36,121 nucleotides of DNA from a virus (lineage: Duplodnaviria; Heunggongvirae; Uroviricota; Caudoviricetes), in the IMG/VR virus record IMGVR_UViG_2778261180_000005; one strand, 5' to 3'. Positions 16,758-25,972 of this stretch are shown here, in pieces. Position 1 is the stretch's first letter. Each line of letters begins with the position of its first letter. The notes under the pieces were generated by a model that saw nothing but the letters and a program-made list of their open reading frames with translations, was not told the DNA's origin and made no database searches. The position numbers were made by a program, and so were the translations under genes.

Positions 16758-17054
16758 TTAAAACTCCATGAATTTAAAATATTCAACACCACCTTCACCC
16801 CCTAAACCAAAGGAGACGGTGCAGCCAGCAGGAACAAACGAATTTATAGTAGATCCCCAATTGGACCCACCACGACGACGAGCAACGGTCAAACCATCTA
16901 CGTTAATATGTGCATCAGACCATCCACCACCAGCATTATGACGCATGACAGCAACGCCAGCGCGAGCAGTACCATAGCCGTTAGGAATATCAAATACATG
17001 CCATTTTAAAGCATCGATTTTAGTATTAATTTCACTACTTACCCAATATCCCAT
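16758..17054 (-). CDS. Gly-rich small protein, paralogue 1 of 3 (98 aa)
   Basis: VFDIPNGY ... GCTVSFGLGGEGGVEYFKF. SD AAGGA. Preceded by hairpin GCGGGGA-GAAA-TCCCCGC (17068-17085). Confidence 0.7.
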   Translation of the reverse strand: MGYWVSSEINTKIDALKWHVFDIPNGYGTARAGVAVMRHNAGGGWSDAHINVDGLTVARRRGGSNWGSTINSFVPAGCTVSFGLGGEGGVEYFKFMEF

Positions 17055-17091
17055 ATAAGAATCCTTAGCGGGGATTTCTCCCCGCTTCCAA

Positions 17092-20000
17092 TTACCCTAA
17101 TTTAGCTTCAATTGCAGCAAGACGTTCACGAAGAAGTTTATTTTCTTCGCTCATTTCTTGGACCGCTTTAATTAAAAGCGCGTTCACTGCGGAGTTTGAA
17201 ATTGTTAAAATTTCTTCTGGGTTATCAAGAGATCCGACATTAGAAGTGCTAACAGCTTCCGGTAAAATTTCTTGTAAATCCTGTGCGATAATACCAATCT
17301 CATGTGCGATGACTTCTCTGTCAGAAAGAGACTTAACTTTATCGTAGGTTTTAACTTTTAGTTTATTTACCTTATCTACCGCATTTTCTTCGTAGTCTTC
17401 AACGTTAATTTTCAGACGACGGTCGGAACGAATATAAACATCGTTACAGTAAACCGACGCACTAGATGTGAAATCACCATTTGCAGCCCATGAATACCAG
17501 CCGCCTTTGTTCATATGCATCATTACGGTAGCTTGACCACCGCCAGCATGAACACCCATTGCCGCAAGATGATCAACACCCCAATGAGTTGCTTTCCAAA
17601 TTGAATATGCTTGGGTATGTGAATCCTGACAATCTAAGAGAATACCAGCAGGACGGTTGCGCCAGTCATCCCATGCACCACCAGAAACCTCACCACGGAT
17701 AAGAGCGTATTCACCATTATATGGAACACGTTCTCCCGCTTTAATCATTGCACCCTGGAAGTGATGACTAAATGAACCCCCATGATTATTTCGTATATGT
17801 AAAATACCATCATCTGTAGCCCAGATAACAGCCTTTTCCGATTCGCTGTCATCTCTAAACCAGATATGGCGTGCACCAGTTGAGTTTTTGATGGTTATTC
17901 CGGTAGGTCCATGCACGGTCAAAGCACCAGCTACATCAAATAAAACGGTGTTATCTGTTCTACGTTCAGTATAGAAGTGATAACCTTTGGAATCGCCGAT
18001 TTCCATTACTGCCGCGCGTCCAACTTCTGAATTTCCCCAATTGTTGATAGAGAATCGTTCAGAGCTATTATTCATCTGATTTAGGTATAATGTACCGTCA
18101 GTGAATGTTTCGCCAAAGAATCTAGTTTTAATGCTATTGGTTCCGGTGCGTTCAAATTCGGCTAAAAATCCTTTTGAGTCACGAAGACTTAAAACGTTAT
18201 TTCGACCTGTATTGCTTGCCCCCCAATGGACGAGTTCCATATAGTCCATAGATTGACGAGAACCAGATTTAAATAAAAGGTTGTCTTCGAGACGAGTGCT
18301 ACCATCAATTCCCAGGTGCAAACAACGAGCGGTTTCAGTACCACCTAAATATAGTCCACCATCATCAAAATTATAGCTGAATGGTCTGCGATTATTCCAA
18401 CTACCAAAAGAATCTTTTAAATTGGTAGTAAGAATATGGAAGCTAGAACCGTCATTGCGTAACATCAAACCATAGTTACCGCCTTTAACAGCCAAACGAG
18501 CATTTTCAGATAATGCAACTTCGCTATTCATTACAATTTTCTGGCCTTTACCACCAGTAATATGTAATTCACCGTCTTCGATCAAATTTATCGAGTTTTG
18601 ACCGTTATCGTTCCACCAAATAAAATCTTTGGTCGTCAAATCACCAAAACCAAACCAGCCATTACGAACATCTTGACCAGTGCGATAATCCATAAAATTA
18701 AAATGGCTTGCTTCGTTTGGTCCTCGACGAATATCAATACCAGCATTAGAACCGGAACCTAAGCCACCATCGATGGTCAATCTACGAATATGCAAACCGG
18801 TTACAGCCGAAAGCAATAATTGTTGGGTTACATCGGTATATCCAGTAGCAAGACGATAATTTTGGTCATCAACACTTTCGTGCCAGATAGTGGCAGGAGC
18901 AGAACTACGGAAGCGACGCAACATCTTTTTAGCATTTGTCGGTTGTTCGTTCATATGCTCAATGTCGTATTGGCCTTGATGGTTTCCAGCAAAATTTAAC
19001 GTTCCACGGTTGCTAAAGTTATTGAACGATGAAATGTTAAGAGCATCAAAAATTTCATCTGCAACAGGTTTTTCACCACCCAGATATTCAGGAGTATCCA
19101 ACAGGTTTAAAGAAACACCACCGGAAGAAACTTGATATTCTGCTAAAACAAATCCTGTATGTGCACCGTAGTAAGCGTAAAGATCGTAATTATCACCATC
19201 GGTTGGAATAGCGCAAAAATGTTGTTCATAATGCCAAATAGTATAATACGCATTGAATACAACACCTTTCGGGCTATTGTTGCCGCATCGAATCACCAAT
19301 TCGATAATATTGGCTTGTCCATTCATCCCGACGTTATAACCGTTACCACCAACCAAACGGATCTTAGCGGTGCGACCGTGTTGCTGTGGCATTGTCAAAG
19401 TGCCTAGTTTAAACCAACCACCCTCGATCCCAAAATTAAGCGTCTTCTGGAACAGTCGGTCAATTTCTGCTTTCGAATATGCGCCAATTTCAGCCGGAGT
19501 AGGTTTATCGCCTTCATGATACATGCGGTGAGAATATGACAAGTTACCCAATTCATCGTAGCCGTATGTTCTTACCGTATGAACCGGATTAGACCCATAA
19601 GTGAACTCAAAGCCACGAGCATGATTAACACCAGATGGATGCGGAACATGCAAGATCATTGCAATATGACCCGCCAGGTCATTCATGCGGAATGCACCAA
19701 AGTAGTCAAGATTACGCGCACTCGGATCATCAAAATAGTTTGCGGTCTTAGACAACAAATAACCATCAGTATAAGTGTTTACGTGTTTTTTGATGTACTT
19801 GCCATCACTCGATCCGTCGGCTGCATCAATACGGCTTTCTAAGCGTGCCAGTTCAGAATCAGTGTAAGACTTGTTATTGTCAACTTTGCTATGAATTGCT
19901 GAATTTTTGGCTTCAACATCACGGGTTAATGCTGCGACGTTATCCGCTGCCTCTTGCTTATTAGCCGCAATCACACCAGTAAGGTTATTGTAGGTGTCAG

Positions 20001-20613
20001 TTAACTGATTTTCCGCATAGACTTTATTTGCTGCGATAGTGCGGTCAGTTTCTGTCTTAATCAGATCAACTTTGTCATTGATTGCTTTGTCATTACTTGC
20101 GATTGTCGCGTCGGTACGGGATTTAATATCATCAACTTTTTTATTGATGCGGGTGTCCAGTTCCTGAGTTGCTACAGCAGCCGCATTTTTATTAGCGTTG
20201 ATGGTATCCGACAATTCAGCTTTAACACCAGCAAGATCGGAAGCAGCTTTATTTTTATTAGCTTCGATTGTCGCGTCGGTTTCGCGTTTAATTACATCAA
20301 CTTTATTGTTAATTTCTGCATGATTTGCTGCGATAGTAGAATCAGTAGTTTGTTTAATTTCATCTACTTTAGCGTGAATATTGCGGTCATTTACTGCAAT
20401 TGTGCTATCCAATTCTTGTTTGTTAGCATCAACTTTAGATTCTAGTGCCGCGTGAGTTTCAGGAGAAACAGAGATTTGAACTACTTCATGATCTCGGTCT
20501 TTGGTAAAAATAACATGGTCTTTAAGGTTGATTGCCACCTCACCGACCTGTAATTGTTCCGGCGTTGGCTTTTTGCCAGAAACATTAGTTCGTTTAAATT
20601 GGATTGATTGCAT
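17092..20613 (-). CDS. long tail fibre with C-terminal intramolecular-chaperone (peptidase S74) domain, 1173 aa
   Basis: Fibre-type N-terminus (IQFKRTNVSGKKPTPEQLQVGEVAINLKD). About 22-aa TDxTIAANxxxINxKVDxIK shaft repeats. KPTPAEIGAYS motif. C-terminus YIRSDRRLKINVEDY...GIIAQDLQEILPEAV is typical of S74 autoproteolytic chaperones (endosialidase, T5 pb1). Confidence 0.9.
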   Translation of the reverse strand: MQSIQFKRTNVSGKKPTPEQLQVGEVAINLKDHVIFTKDRDHEVVQISVSPETHAALESKVDANKQELDSTIAVNDRNIHAKVDEIKQTTDSTIAANHAEINNKVDVIKRETDATIEANKNKAASDLAGVKAELSDTINANKNAAAVATQELDTRINKKVDDIKSRTDATIASNDKAINDKVDLIKTETDRTIAANKVYAENQLTDTYNNLTGVIAANKQEAADNVAALTRDVEAKNSAIHSKVDNNKSYTDSELARLESRIDAADGSSDGKYIKKHVNTYTDGYLLSKTANYFDDPSARNLDYFGAFRMNDLAGHIAMILHVPHPSGVNHARGFEFTYGSNPVHTVRTYGYDELGNLSYSHRMYHEGDKPTPAEIGAYSKAEIDRLFQKTLNFGIEGGWFKLGTLTMPQQHGRTAKIRLVGGNGYNVGMNGQANIIELVIRCGNNSPKGVVFNAYYTIWHYEQHFCAIPTDGDNYDLYAYYGAHTGFVLAEYQVSSGGVSLNLLDTPEYLGGEKPVADEIFDALNISSFNNFSNRGTLNFAGNHQGQYDIEHMNEQPTNAKKMLRRFRSSAPATIWHESVDDQNYRLATGYTDVTQQLLLSAVTGLHIRRLTIDGGLGSGSNAGIDIRRGPNEASHFNFMDYRTGQDVRNGWFGFGDLTTKDFIWWNDNGQNSINLIEDGELHITGGKGQKIVMNSEVALSENARLAVKGGNYGLMLRNDGSSFHILTTNLKDSFGSWNNRRPFSYNFDDGGLYLGGTETARCLHLGIDGSTRLEDNLLFKSGSRQSMDYMELVHWGASNTGRNNVLSLRDSKGFLAEFERTGTNSIKTRFFGETFTDGTLYLNQMNNSSERFSINNWGNSEVGRAAVMEIGDSKGYHFYTERRTDNTVLFDVAGALTVHGPTGITIKNSTGARHIWFRDDSESEKAVIWATDDGILHIRNNHGGSFSHHFQGAMIKAGERVPYNGEYALIRGEVSGGAWDDWRNRPAGILLDCQDSHTQAYSIWKATHWGVDHLAAMGVHAGGGQATVMMHMNKGGWYSWAANGDFTSSASVYCNDVYIRSDRRLKINVEDYEENAVDKVNKLKVKTYDKVKSLSDREVIAHEIGIIAQDLQEILPEAVSTSNVGSLDNPEEILTISNSAVNALLIKAVQEMSEENKLLRERLAAIEAKLG

Positions 20614-20640
20614 CTAATCACCTCACATAAAACAGGAATA

Positions 20641-20658
20641 AGGGAGGCGTTAACCTCC
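20641..20658 (-). terminator. intercistronic hairpin / weak terminator
   Basis: GGGAGG-6nt-CCTCCC, followed on the minus strand by T-rich TTATTCCTGTTTTAT. Confidence 0.4.
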
Positions 20659-20688
20659 CCGCGTCATGTTTTATTTAGGAAGTGAATA

Positions 20689-21522
20689 CTAGAACTCACC
20701 GAAGTCGATCCGGTCATGGATAGAAACGGCTTCAATCTCGGCTGGTGTCGGTTTTTCTTCTGTGGAATACACTTTCACCCATCCCGAATTACCGTCTTTC
20801 TGGACTGTGCGAACTCGTAAACGTGGTGCGCCGGAAGCGGTGCAAGTTAATTGCCATCCACCATCTTCATTAGGTTGAACGTGAATTAGTGAAGTATCAG
20901 CACTAAATGGATTAGATGCGCTCGATCCCTGATAAGTTACGAAACGGTTTCCGGCTAATGCTTCACTATCAATCGGACCAGTGAATGGATGTACACCAGC
21001 ACCAATACCAAAATCACCTTGTCGCAGAATTTTTCCCTCGGTCGCTATACCCCTTGCTAGAATCCCGCCATCTGGTTCAAGTTTAAATTCCAGTGTTACA
21101 GCTTTGTTATCACTACCACGGGTTTTATGTGATGTGACGTAAGCATCATAGATGACATAGTAACCAGTGTTAGCAGCACTATAGCCAGAGTTCACAACAT
21201 AGAACATACGGAAGCGTAAAGGTGTTTTATCCTCTACCGCTTTCATCAACATTGCTTGATGTTCGTCATCCAGAACACGGTTTAACGTGAGTGTCGTCGG
21301 TTCCAGTTTACGATAACCAGCAAGTTTCCCCGTAGCGTCCTGATCATACTCTTCTAACGTCTGGATATCTGTAGATTCGGTTATCGTCGGGAATGCTGCG
21401 ATGTTCTCGATAGGACTAAATGCAGGATCGAAAAAGTCCGGCTGGTTATCCACCATAGTAGACACGGAGACTTCAACATGCGACCCCGTGAAAATGTCTA
21501 AGTTATCTTGTGTAATATTCAT
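20689..21522 (-). CDS. tail-tube-like paralogue with C-terminal extension (277 aa), possible fibre-anchoring or decoration protein
   Basis: The first ~165 aa align by eye with the 157-aa tube protein (DIFxG, AAFP, KLxG, LxxN, KAxED, and the LRFRMFY / VQLKIAY strand). The C-terminal part ends EEKPTPAEIEAVS, the motif also found in the fibre. Confidence 0.65.
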   Translation of the reverse strand: MNITQDNLDIFTGSHVEVSVSTMVDNQPDFFDPAFSPIENIAAFPTITESTDIQTLEEYDQDATGKLAGYRKLEPTTLTLNRVLDDEHQAMLMKAVEDKTPLRFRMFYVVNSGYSAANTGYYVIYDAYVTSHKTRGSDNKAVTLEFKLEPDGGILARGIATEGKILRQGDFGIGAGVHPFTGPIDSEALAGNRFVTYQGSSASNPFSADTSLIHVQPNEDGGWQLTCTASGAPRLRVRTVQKDGNSGWVKVYSTEEKPTPAEIEAVSIHDRIDFGEF

Positions 21523-21531
21523 TATTACCCC

Positions 21532-21954
21532 TTAAAAACGCGCTAGATAAGAAAATTTAAGGCTAAGTGTCCCAACGATACCACCATCACTAGAATCATC
21601 GTCATAATCGGTATTAGAGGCTACTGGAGTGATATCTGAAATTGAGAAGCCCAAATCTTTAAAACGTGGGTTATCCGGCTGAATCTGGATTATCTGGCAA
21701 ATACCCTCATGAATTTTTGTTTCATGAATCTGAGAATATAATTGCATTTCGATAACACATTCAGCTTGCATTGCATTACCGCCACGAACACGCGTGTAAG
21801 TCTCATTCATTCCGGTGATCCAACAAACCACGTCATCACTAAAGCCTTGCTGAGTTTGTTCTACGTTTAAAGCCAGACCTAAATCTTGTTCGATAATATC
21901 TTGCAAGGCGCGTTTGATTTTCAGTCTAGGCATGTTATTAACGGTAGCGAGCAT
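21532..21954 (-). CDS. tail completion / terminator-like protein (140 aa from ATG 21954)
   Basis: Position between the head-tail joining gene and the tail genes. GGGGG SD 5 nt before ATG 21954. Confidence 0.5.
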   Translation of the reverse strand: MLATVNNMPRLKIKRALQDIIEQDLGLALNVEQTQQGFSDDVVCWITGMNETYTRVRGGNAMQAECVIEMQLYSQIHETKIHEGICQIIQIQPDNPRFKDLGFSISDITPVASNTDYDDDSSDGGIVGTLSLKFSYLARF

Positions 21955-22228
21955 GTGTACCCCCTGCCAGAGTAATAAAGCAATCAGAAGTATTATCACC
22001 ATTGCGCTTAACGTATTGAACTTTGAAACGCTGATTTTCTACAATGACAATATCACCCTGCTTTAAGTCTCCCTCACGACAAAATAGAAATTCTGTTTCT
22101 GTCATTACCCCTTGTTCGTCGGTAGTAGTAATTTCATGATAAGCACGAATTGATTTACCACCTTCCACCGAAAATACAGGAGCACTTCGGAACATTCTTG
22201 ATAATTGTGATTCTGATAATTTGAACAT
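21938..22228 (-). CDS. head-tail joining (head closure) protein, 96 aa
   Basis: First gene after the capsid gene. Size and beta-rich pattern (GDIVIVENQRFKVQYV) typical of the head-tail joining family. Confidence 0.55.
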   Translation of the reverse strand: MFKLSESQLSRMFRSAPVFSVEGGKSIRAYHEITTTDEQGVMTETEFLFCREGDLKQGDIVIVENQRFKVQYVKRNGDNTSDCFITLAGGTHARYR

Positions 22229-22257
22229 AGTTACCCCCTTTATGGAGTATTTACATA

Positions 22258-22286
22258 CAAAAAAGCCCCACCGTTAGGCAGGGCTA
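22258..22286 (-). terminator. rho-independent terminator after the capsid gene region
   Basis: Minus strand reads AGCCCTGCC-TAAC-GGTGGGGCT (with G.T pairs) followed by TTTTTT. Confidence 0.7.
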
Positions 22287-22425
22287 ATTATTATTTTGCT
22301 TTCGGTGGACGTCCCACCTTTTTAGCTGTGGCTTTCGCCGTAACCGTCTGGGATTCTTCTTCCTGAGATGGAATCAGATTTTCTTCCCCCAAATCGGGGG
22401 AAGGTACAGAAGGTTCTACGCTAGT

Positions 22426-24405
22426 TCATTCGGAGATGTGAAGAACTTTCAGAGCTTCCGGCTGGGTTACAACATAGTCCAGATCTACCCAGATACGCGG
22501 AACGATAGCGGACTGTGCACGGTAGGTGGTGTCGTCCATATCCAGTTCCAGACCGCCCCACTCACCGATAGTAATACCGGAGAAGTCACCCAGAACGATG
22601 TGATCTGCCGGGATAACACCAGAAGTAACTACATCGTAACCAGCCAGTTTGCCGTTTTCGATGATATAACCGGAAACACCGTTATCTTTCAGGGTAGATT
22701 CCAGTTCAGCAGCAGTTGCACCGCTCATCGCAAACTTGATCGCCTGAGCAGGAACGCCAGCGTCGGTCAGTGCTGCAATTTCTTTCAGGAAGTCTTTGTA
22801 GCTGAAAGCGGCTTTCTTAGTAACACGGCTTGCATCAACCAGTTGTTTAACCAGACCAGCAGGACCGCGCTCATTGTCTTTGTCAGACAGAATCAGTTGT
22901 TCCAGTTTGATGCGAACAGCCTGGTTGATGTGATCAGTGATCAGGGTAGCGATACCCGGAACGGTTTTAATGCTCTGACGGCTGATCGGGTTGCCACCAG
23001 CAAAAGTCTTAGGAGACAGTTTCACGTTTGCAAATTCAGCTTTGCCTTCCGGTGCAGCACCGTTTTCATCAACGAAGCCGAAAGCGTCAACGCTGGATTT
23101 AGTCATTTTTGGAATAGCGGTCGGAGCAGTCAAGCCACTGTAAACAGTCACACCCAGACGACCCAGAACGGATTCCGGCATCAGCATTTCGATGTAGGAT
23201 TCAGTCAGCAGTTTTTCGTCGGTGATAGCAGTCAGGTCAGCTTTGGTGTTACCAGCAGCAGCAGCACGCATAGCAGCAGCAGGAACGAATACAGAGCCAC
23301 CACGAGCAGCACGACCACGCTGCATAGTTGCAGTAGCAGCCATTGCGGAATATTCAGCTTCATGAGCGCCGAGCACGTCGCCATCTACCAGGGAGCGGAT
23401 TACGTTATTAAGATCGAAAGTTTTTTCCATTTTAGAGTCCTTAATTTGTTGTTCGTTGTTACGTTGAGCAGTAGCGATTTTATTTAGTGCCTTAGTGCGG
23501 AATGCTTCCGGCGTCATGTCTTTAATTGCTAATGCGCGTTTCAATTCTTCGTCATCAATATTTAGTTCGCGTGCAATTTCGCGAATTTCTAATTCGTCTT
23601 CTTCGGAACGTTCAGCCACTTCTTCGATTTTTTCTTCTTCAATCGGAGCGGCTTCACGTTCTTCTTTTACTTCTTCTGCTTCCCGAACAGTTGAACTATC
23701 ATCATCAACACTTTCAGGATGTTCAGCGTCTTTTCCGTCTTCGAGATTTTCATCTTCTTTATTCTCTTCAACTTTCGGTTCTTTATTTTCTTCTACCGGA
23801 GTTTCTTCAACCTGAGCGGGTTCTTGTTCTTCTTTGATTTCTTCGATTTGTTCTTTAGTCATATCGCGTTTAGCCTCCAAATTAACTGTGATAGTATTTA
23901 GAGAGCGATTTAAACCGACCGTATCGTCAGCAGGAACTGTCACAAATGAAATTTCAAAGGGTGCCCACTTAGTAACAATCAATTGTCCTTTAGCGTAATC
24001 GATGTGATACTCTTTAATGTCATAGCCGACCGATATTTTTTCCATCGTACCTTCAATGACTTTATTACGAATATCATTAGCCAAAGTCCCATGCTTAGAG
24101 AATTTAACCAGAGCACGGCCTACGTTATCCGCATCGATTCGAGCGTTACAGACAACACCAATGTGATTATCGAAATTATGATTGAACAGCAACGGAGCGT
24201 TATTATTCAGGCGAGACAGATCAACCGCTTCCGGTGTATGTACCAGAATTTCATCTAATACCACCATTTCTTGATTTTGCTCATCCCAGAATTGGCGCTG
24301 GTAAGGCTGGGTACTGGAGAAAGCAATTTCAAATTCGTATTGATCGTTATGCCCTTCGTTAATAACTCCACCGTAACCGTTAAGATCGCGGCGAAATTTA
24401 AGCAT
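22426..24405 (-). CDS. prohead protease / major capsid protein fusion (659 aa)
   Basis: N-terminal ~170 aa are prohead-serine-protease-like (LLFNHNFDNHIGVV). An acidic E/K-rich linker follows. The C-terminal ~350 aa are HK97-fold capsid-like. Codon usage is strongly optimised. Confidence 0.85.
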   Translation of the reverse strand: MLKFRRDLNGYGGVINEGHNDQYEFEIAFSSTQPYQRQFWDEQNQEMVVLDEILVHTPEAVDLSRLNNNAPLLFNHNFDNHIGVVCNARIDADNVGRALVKFSKHGTLANDIRNKVIEGTMEKISVGYDIKEYHIDYAKGQLIVTKWAPFEISFVTVPADDTVGLNRSLNTITVNLEAKRDMTKEQIEEIKEEQEPAQVEETPVEENKEPKVEENKEDENLEDGKDAEHPESVDDDSSTVREAEEVKEEREAAPIEEEKIEEVAERSEEDELEIREIARELNIDDEELKRALAIKDMTPEAFRTKALNKIATAQRNNEQQIKDSKMEKTFDLNNVIRSLVDGDVLGAHEAEYSAMAATATMQRGRAARGGSVFVPAAAMRAAAAGNTKADLTAITDEKLLTESYIEMLMPESVLGRLGVTVYSGLTAPTAIPKMTKSSVDAFGFVDENGAAPEGKAEFANVKLSPKTFAGGNPISRQSIKTVPGIATLITDHINQAVRIKLEQLILSDKDNERGPAGLVKQLVDASRVTKKAAFSYKDFLKEIAALTDAGVPAQAIKFAMSGATAAELESTLKDNGVSGYIIENGKLAGYDVVTSGVIPADHIVLGDFSGITIGEWGGLELDMDDTTYRAQSAIVPRIWVDLDYVVTQPEALKVLHISE

Positions 24406-24450
24406 TTAATCACCTTTAATTAATTGGGGGCATTGCGCCCCCGTTGGTTA

Positions 24451-25962
24451 TTAGGGATCGGCTGGGGAATTTTTTTCTTCACCCTCGCCATTAACGATAA
24501 TATTTAGTGCGCTCTTTTCGGCTTGAATCTCTGAGAATACTTTTTCAGGATCATCACCACGTTCCAATATAACGGCAGTACGTGATTTAAGTCCGTTATC
24601 AATTAAAGCAATCTCGGCGCTTACGTCTTTAAATGGATCGACGGATTCAAAACGCGGACGGATAATAGTTGTATTATCGATAATATGCGGAATTGCAGTA
24701 ATACGAATCGGAACAATACCACGCGCGGAATAATGGCGTAGATATGCTTCGAAAATTGGCAATACCACTGTTTCAATTAATTTGTTTTGCAGTGCTTTAA
24801 CTCGTGTGCGCTGGGTTAATTCACCAAAACGTGCGGCTGAGTAGTTGATCTGGGAAGTGTCACCAGTCAAGCCCTGTTTAAACACGCCTAAGCCCATTGA
24901 TACGCTAGTAAACATCGCATCATTGAAGCTGTTAAAATCATCGCCTGATTGAGTAGATTGGATTGATTTAATCGTTGCCCCTTCCGGTAATTCCTGAATA
25001 GTACCTGGCGCGAAATCGTGAATAACTTCTGGCGCTTGATATTGTTCATCATCTTCACCAGTATCAAAATCGTCACCAGAATCTTTCGGACGCTCGATGA
25101 ACGCCATGTTACAAGCTGAAATTCGTTTCATGACCAGTACAGCTTCGCGGAATGCGTCTTGATGTGCGATATCCTTAATCACTGGCAGGAAGTCAGTCAC
25201 ACCACGTAAACTTTCCGCGCACAGTGGCTGGTAGTAGTGGCACACCTGAGAAGCATCTACGCGATAATTTTCGCCAGTGTAGGTCTGAGTCAGTAGATTG
25301 ATTTTTCTAAACCAGTATGCTACAGGGCGCATTGTGTCTACGTCATACTCAATCCCCTGATAGATCGCACGTTCTTTGCTTATTTCACGACTAAGCGACC
25401 AGTCGCACCTATCAGCAGACAGAATAGAAACTTGTAACTCATTGTTCTCTTTGGTTAAAACGATGAAGCATTCTCCACCCTGAACACGTTCAGATTCTGC
25501 CATTGCCAGCATTTCACGGAAGTTAAAGCGACCGTTGCGAGAGAAGCGTTTAGCACTCTGCGCCCACTTCCAGAAAGCATTCTCGATCTGCTTATTCAGT
25601 GCGGTGTCAAGTTTGCCATTTGATTTAACGATTGATGGTTTCGGATCAAGCCCCGTACCAACAACTTGGTCAACGATATACTGCTTGTATCGCTTACCTA
25701 CAGCATTGTTTATAGCCAGAGTACGACCCTGATCATAAAGGCGCTTACCGTTCGATTTGAGAGCCTTATTGAAGGTTCCTGTAATGGTGTCTTGTTGAAG
25801 CTGTCCATCAATGCGATCACCGACTAAGCCCAAAGAACGCTTAGACAAATCTTTCTGGAATTTTTCTACTTGTTTGTCGATAAAGATTTTTTGTTGTTGC
25901 TGGCGGTGATTAGTTTTAACTGGAGTTTCTACCGCCTTTTTGCGTCGAAAAAGATTAAACAT
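24451..25962 (-). CDS. portal protein (503 aa)
   Basis: Size and position between the gpW-like gene and the protease-capsid gene, as in the lambda A-W-B-C order. Confidence 0.85.
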   Translation of the reverse strand: MFNLFRRKKAVETPVKTNHRQQQQKIFIDKQVEKFQKDLSKRSLGLVGDRIDGQLQQDTITGTFNKALKSNGKRLYDQGRTLAINNAVGKRYKQYIVDQVVGTGLDPKPSIVKSNGKLDTALNKQIENAFWKWAQSAKRFSRNGRFNFREMLAMAESERVQGGECFIVLTKENNELQVSILSADRCDWSLSREISKERAIYQGIEYDVDTMRPVAYWFRKINLLTQTYTGENYRVDASQVCHYYQPLCAESLRGVTDFLPVIKDIAHQDAFREAVLVMKRISACNMAFIERPKDSGDDFDTGEDDEQYQAPEVIHDFAPGTIQELPEGATIKSIQSTQSGDDFNSFNDAMFTSVSMGLGVFKQGLTGDTSQINYSAARFGELTQRTRVKALQNKLIETVVLPIFEAYLRHYSARGIVPIRITAIPHIIDNTTIIRPRFESVDPFKDVSAEIALIDNGLKSRTAVILERGDDPEKVFSEIQAEKSALNIIVNGEGEEKNSPADP

Positions 25963-25972
25963 GATTTACCCC

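Noticed and set aside
17092-20613. Diversity-generating retroelement targeting the fibre
   Set aside because: The fibre N-terminus resembles common fibre/Mtd-type N-termini. The window has no reverse transcriptase and no template/variable repeat pair.
22438-23487. 349-aa plus-strand ORF
   Set aside because: Antisense to the capsid part of the protease-capsid gene. Low-complexity composition with no SD. It is a stop-free artefact of strong codon bias on the opposite strand.
23495-23901. Three overlapping low-complexity plus-strand ORFs (60-106 aa)
   Set aside because: Antisense to the acidic E/K-rich linker of the protease-capsid gene, so a repeat-composition artefact.
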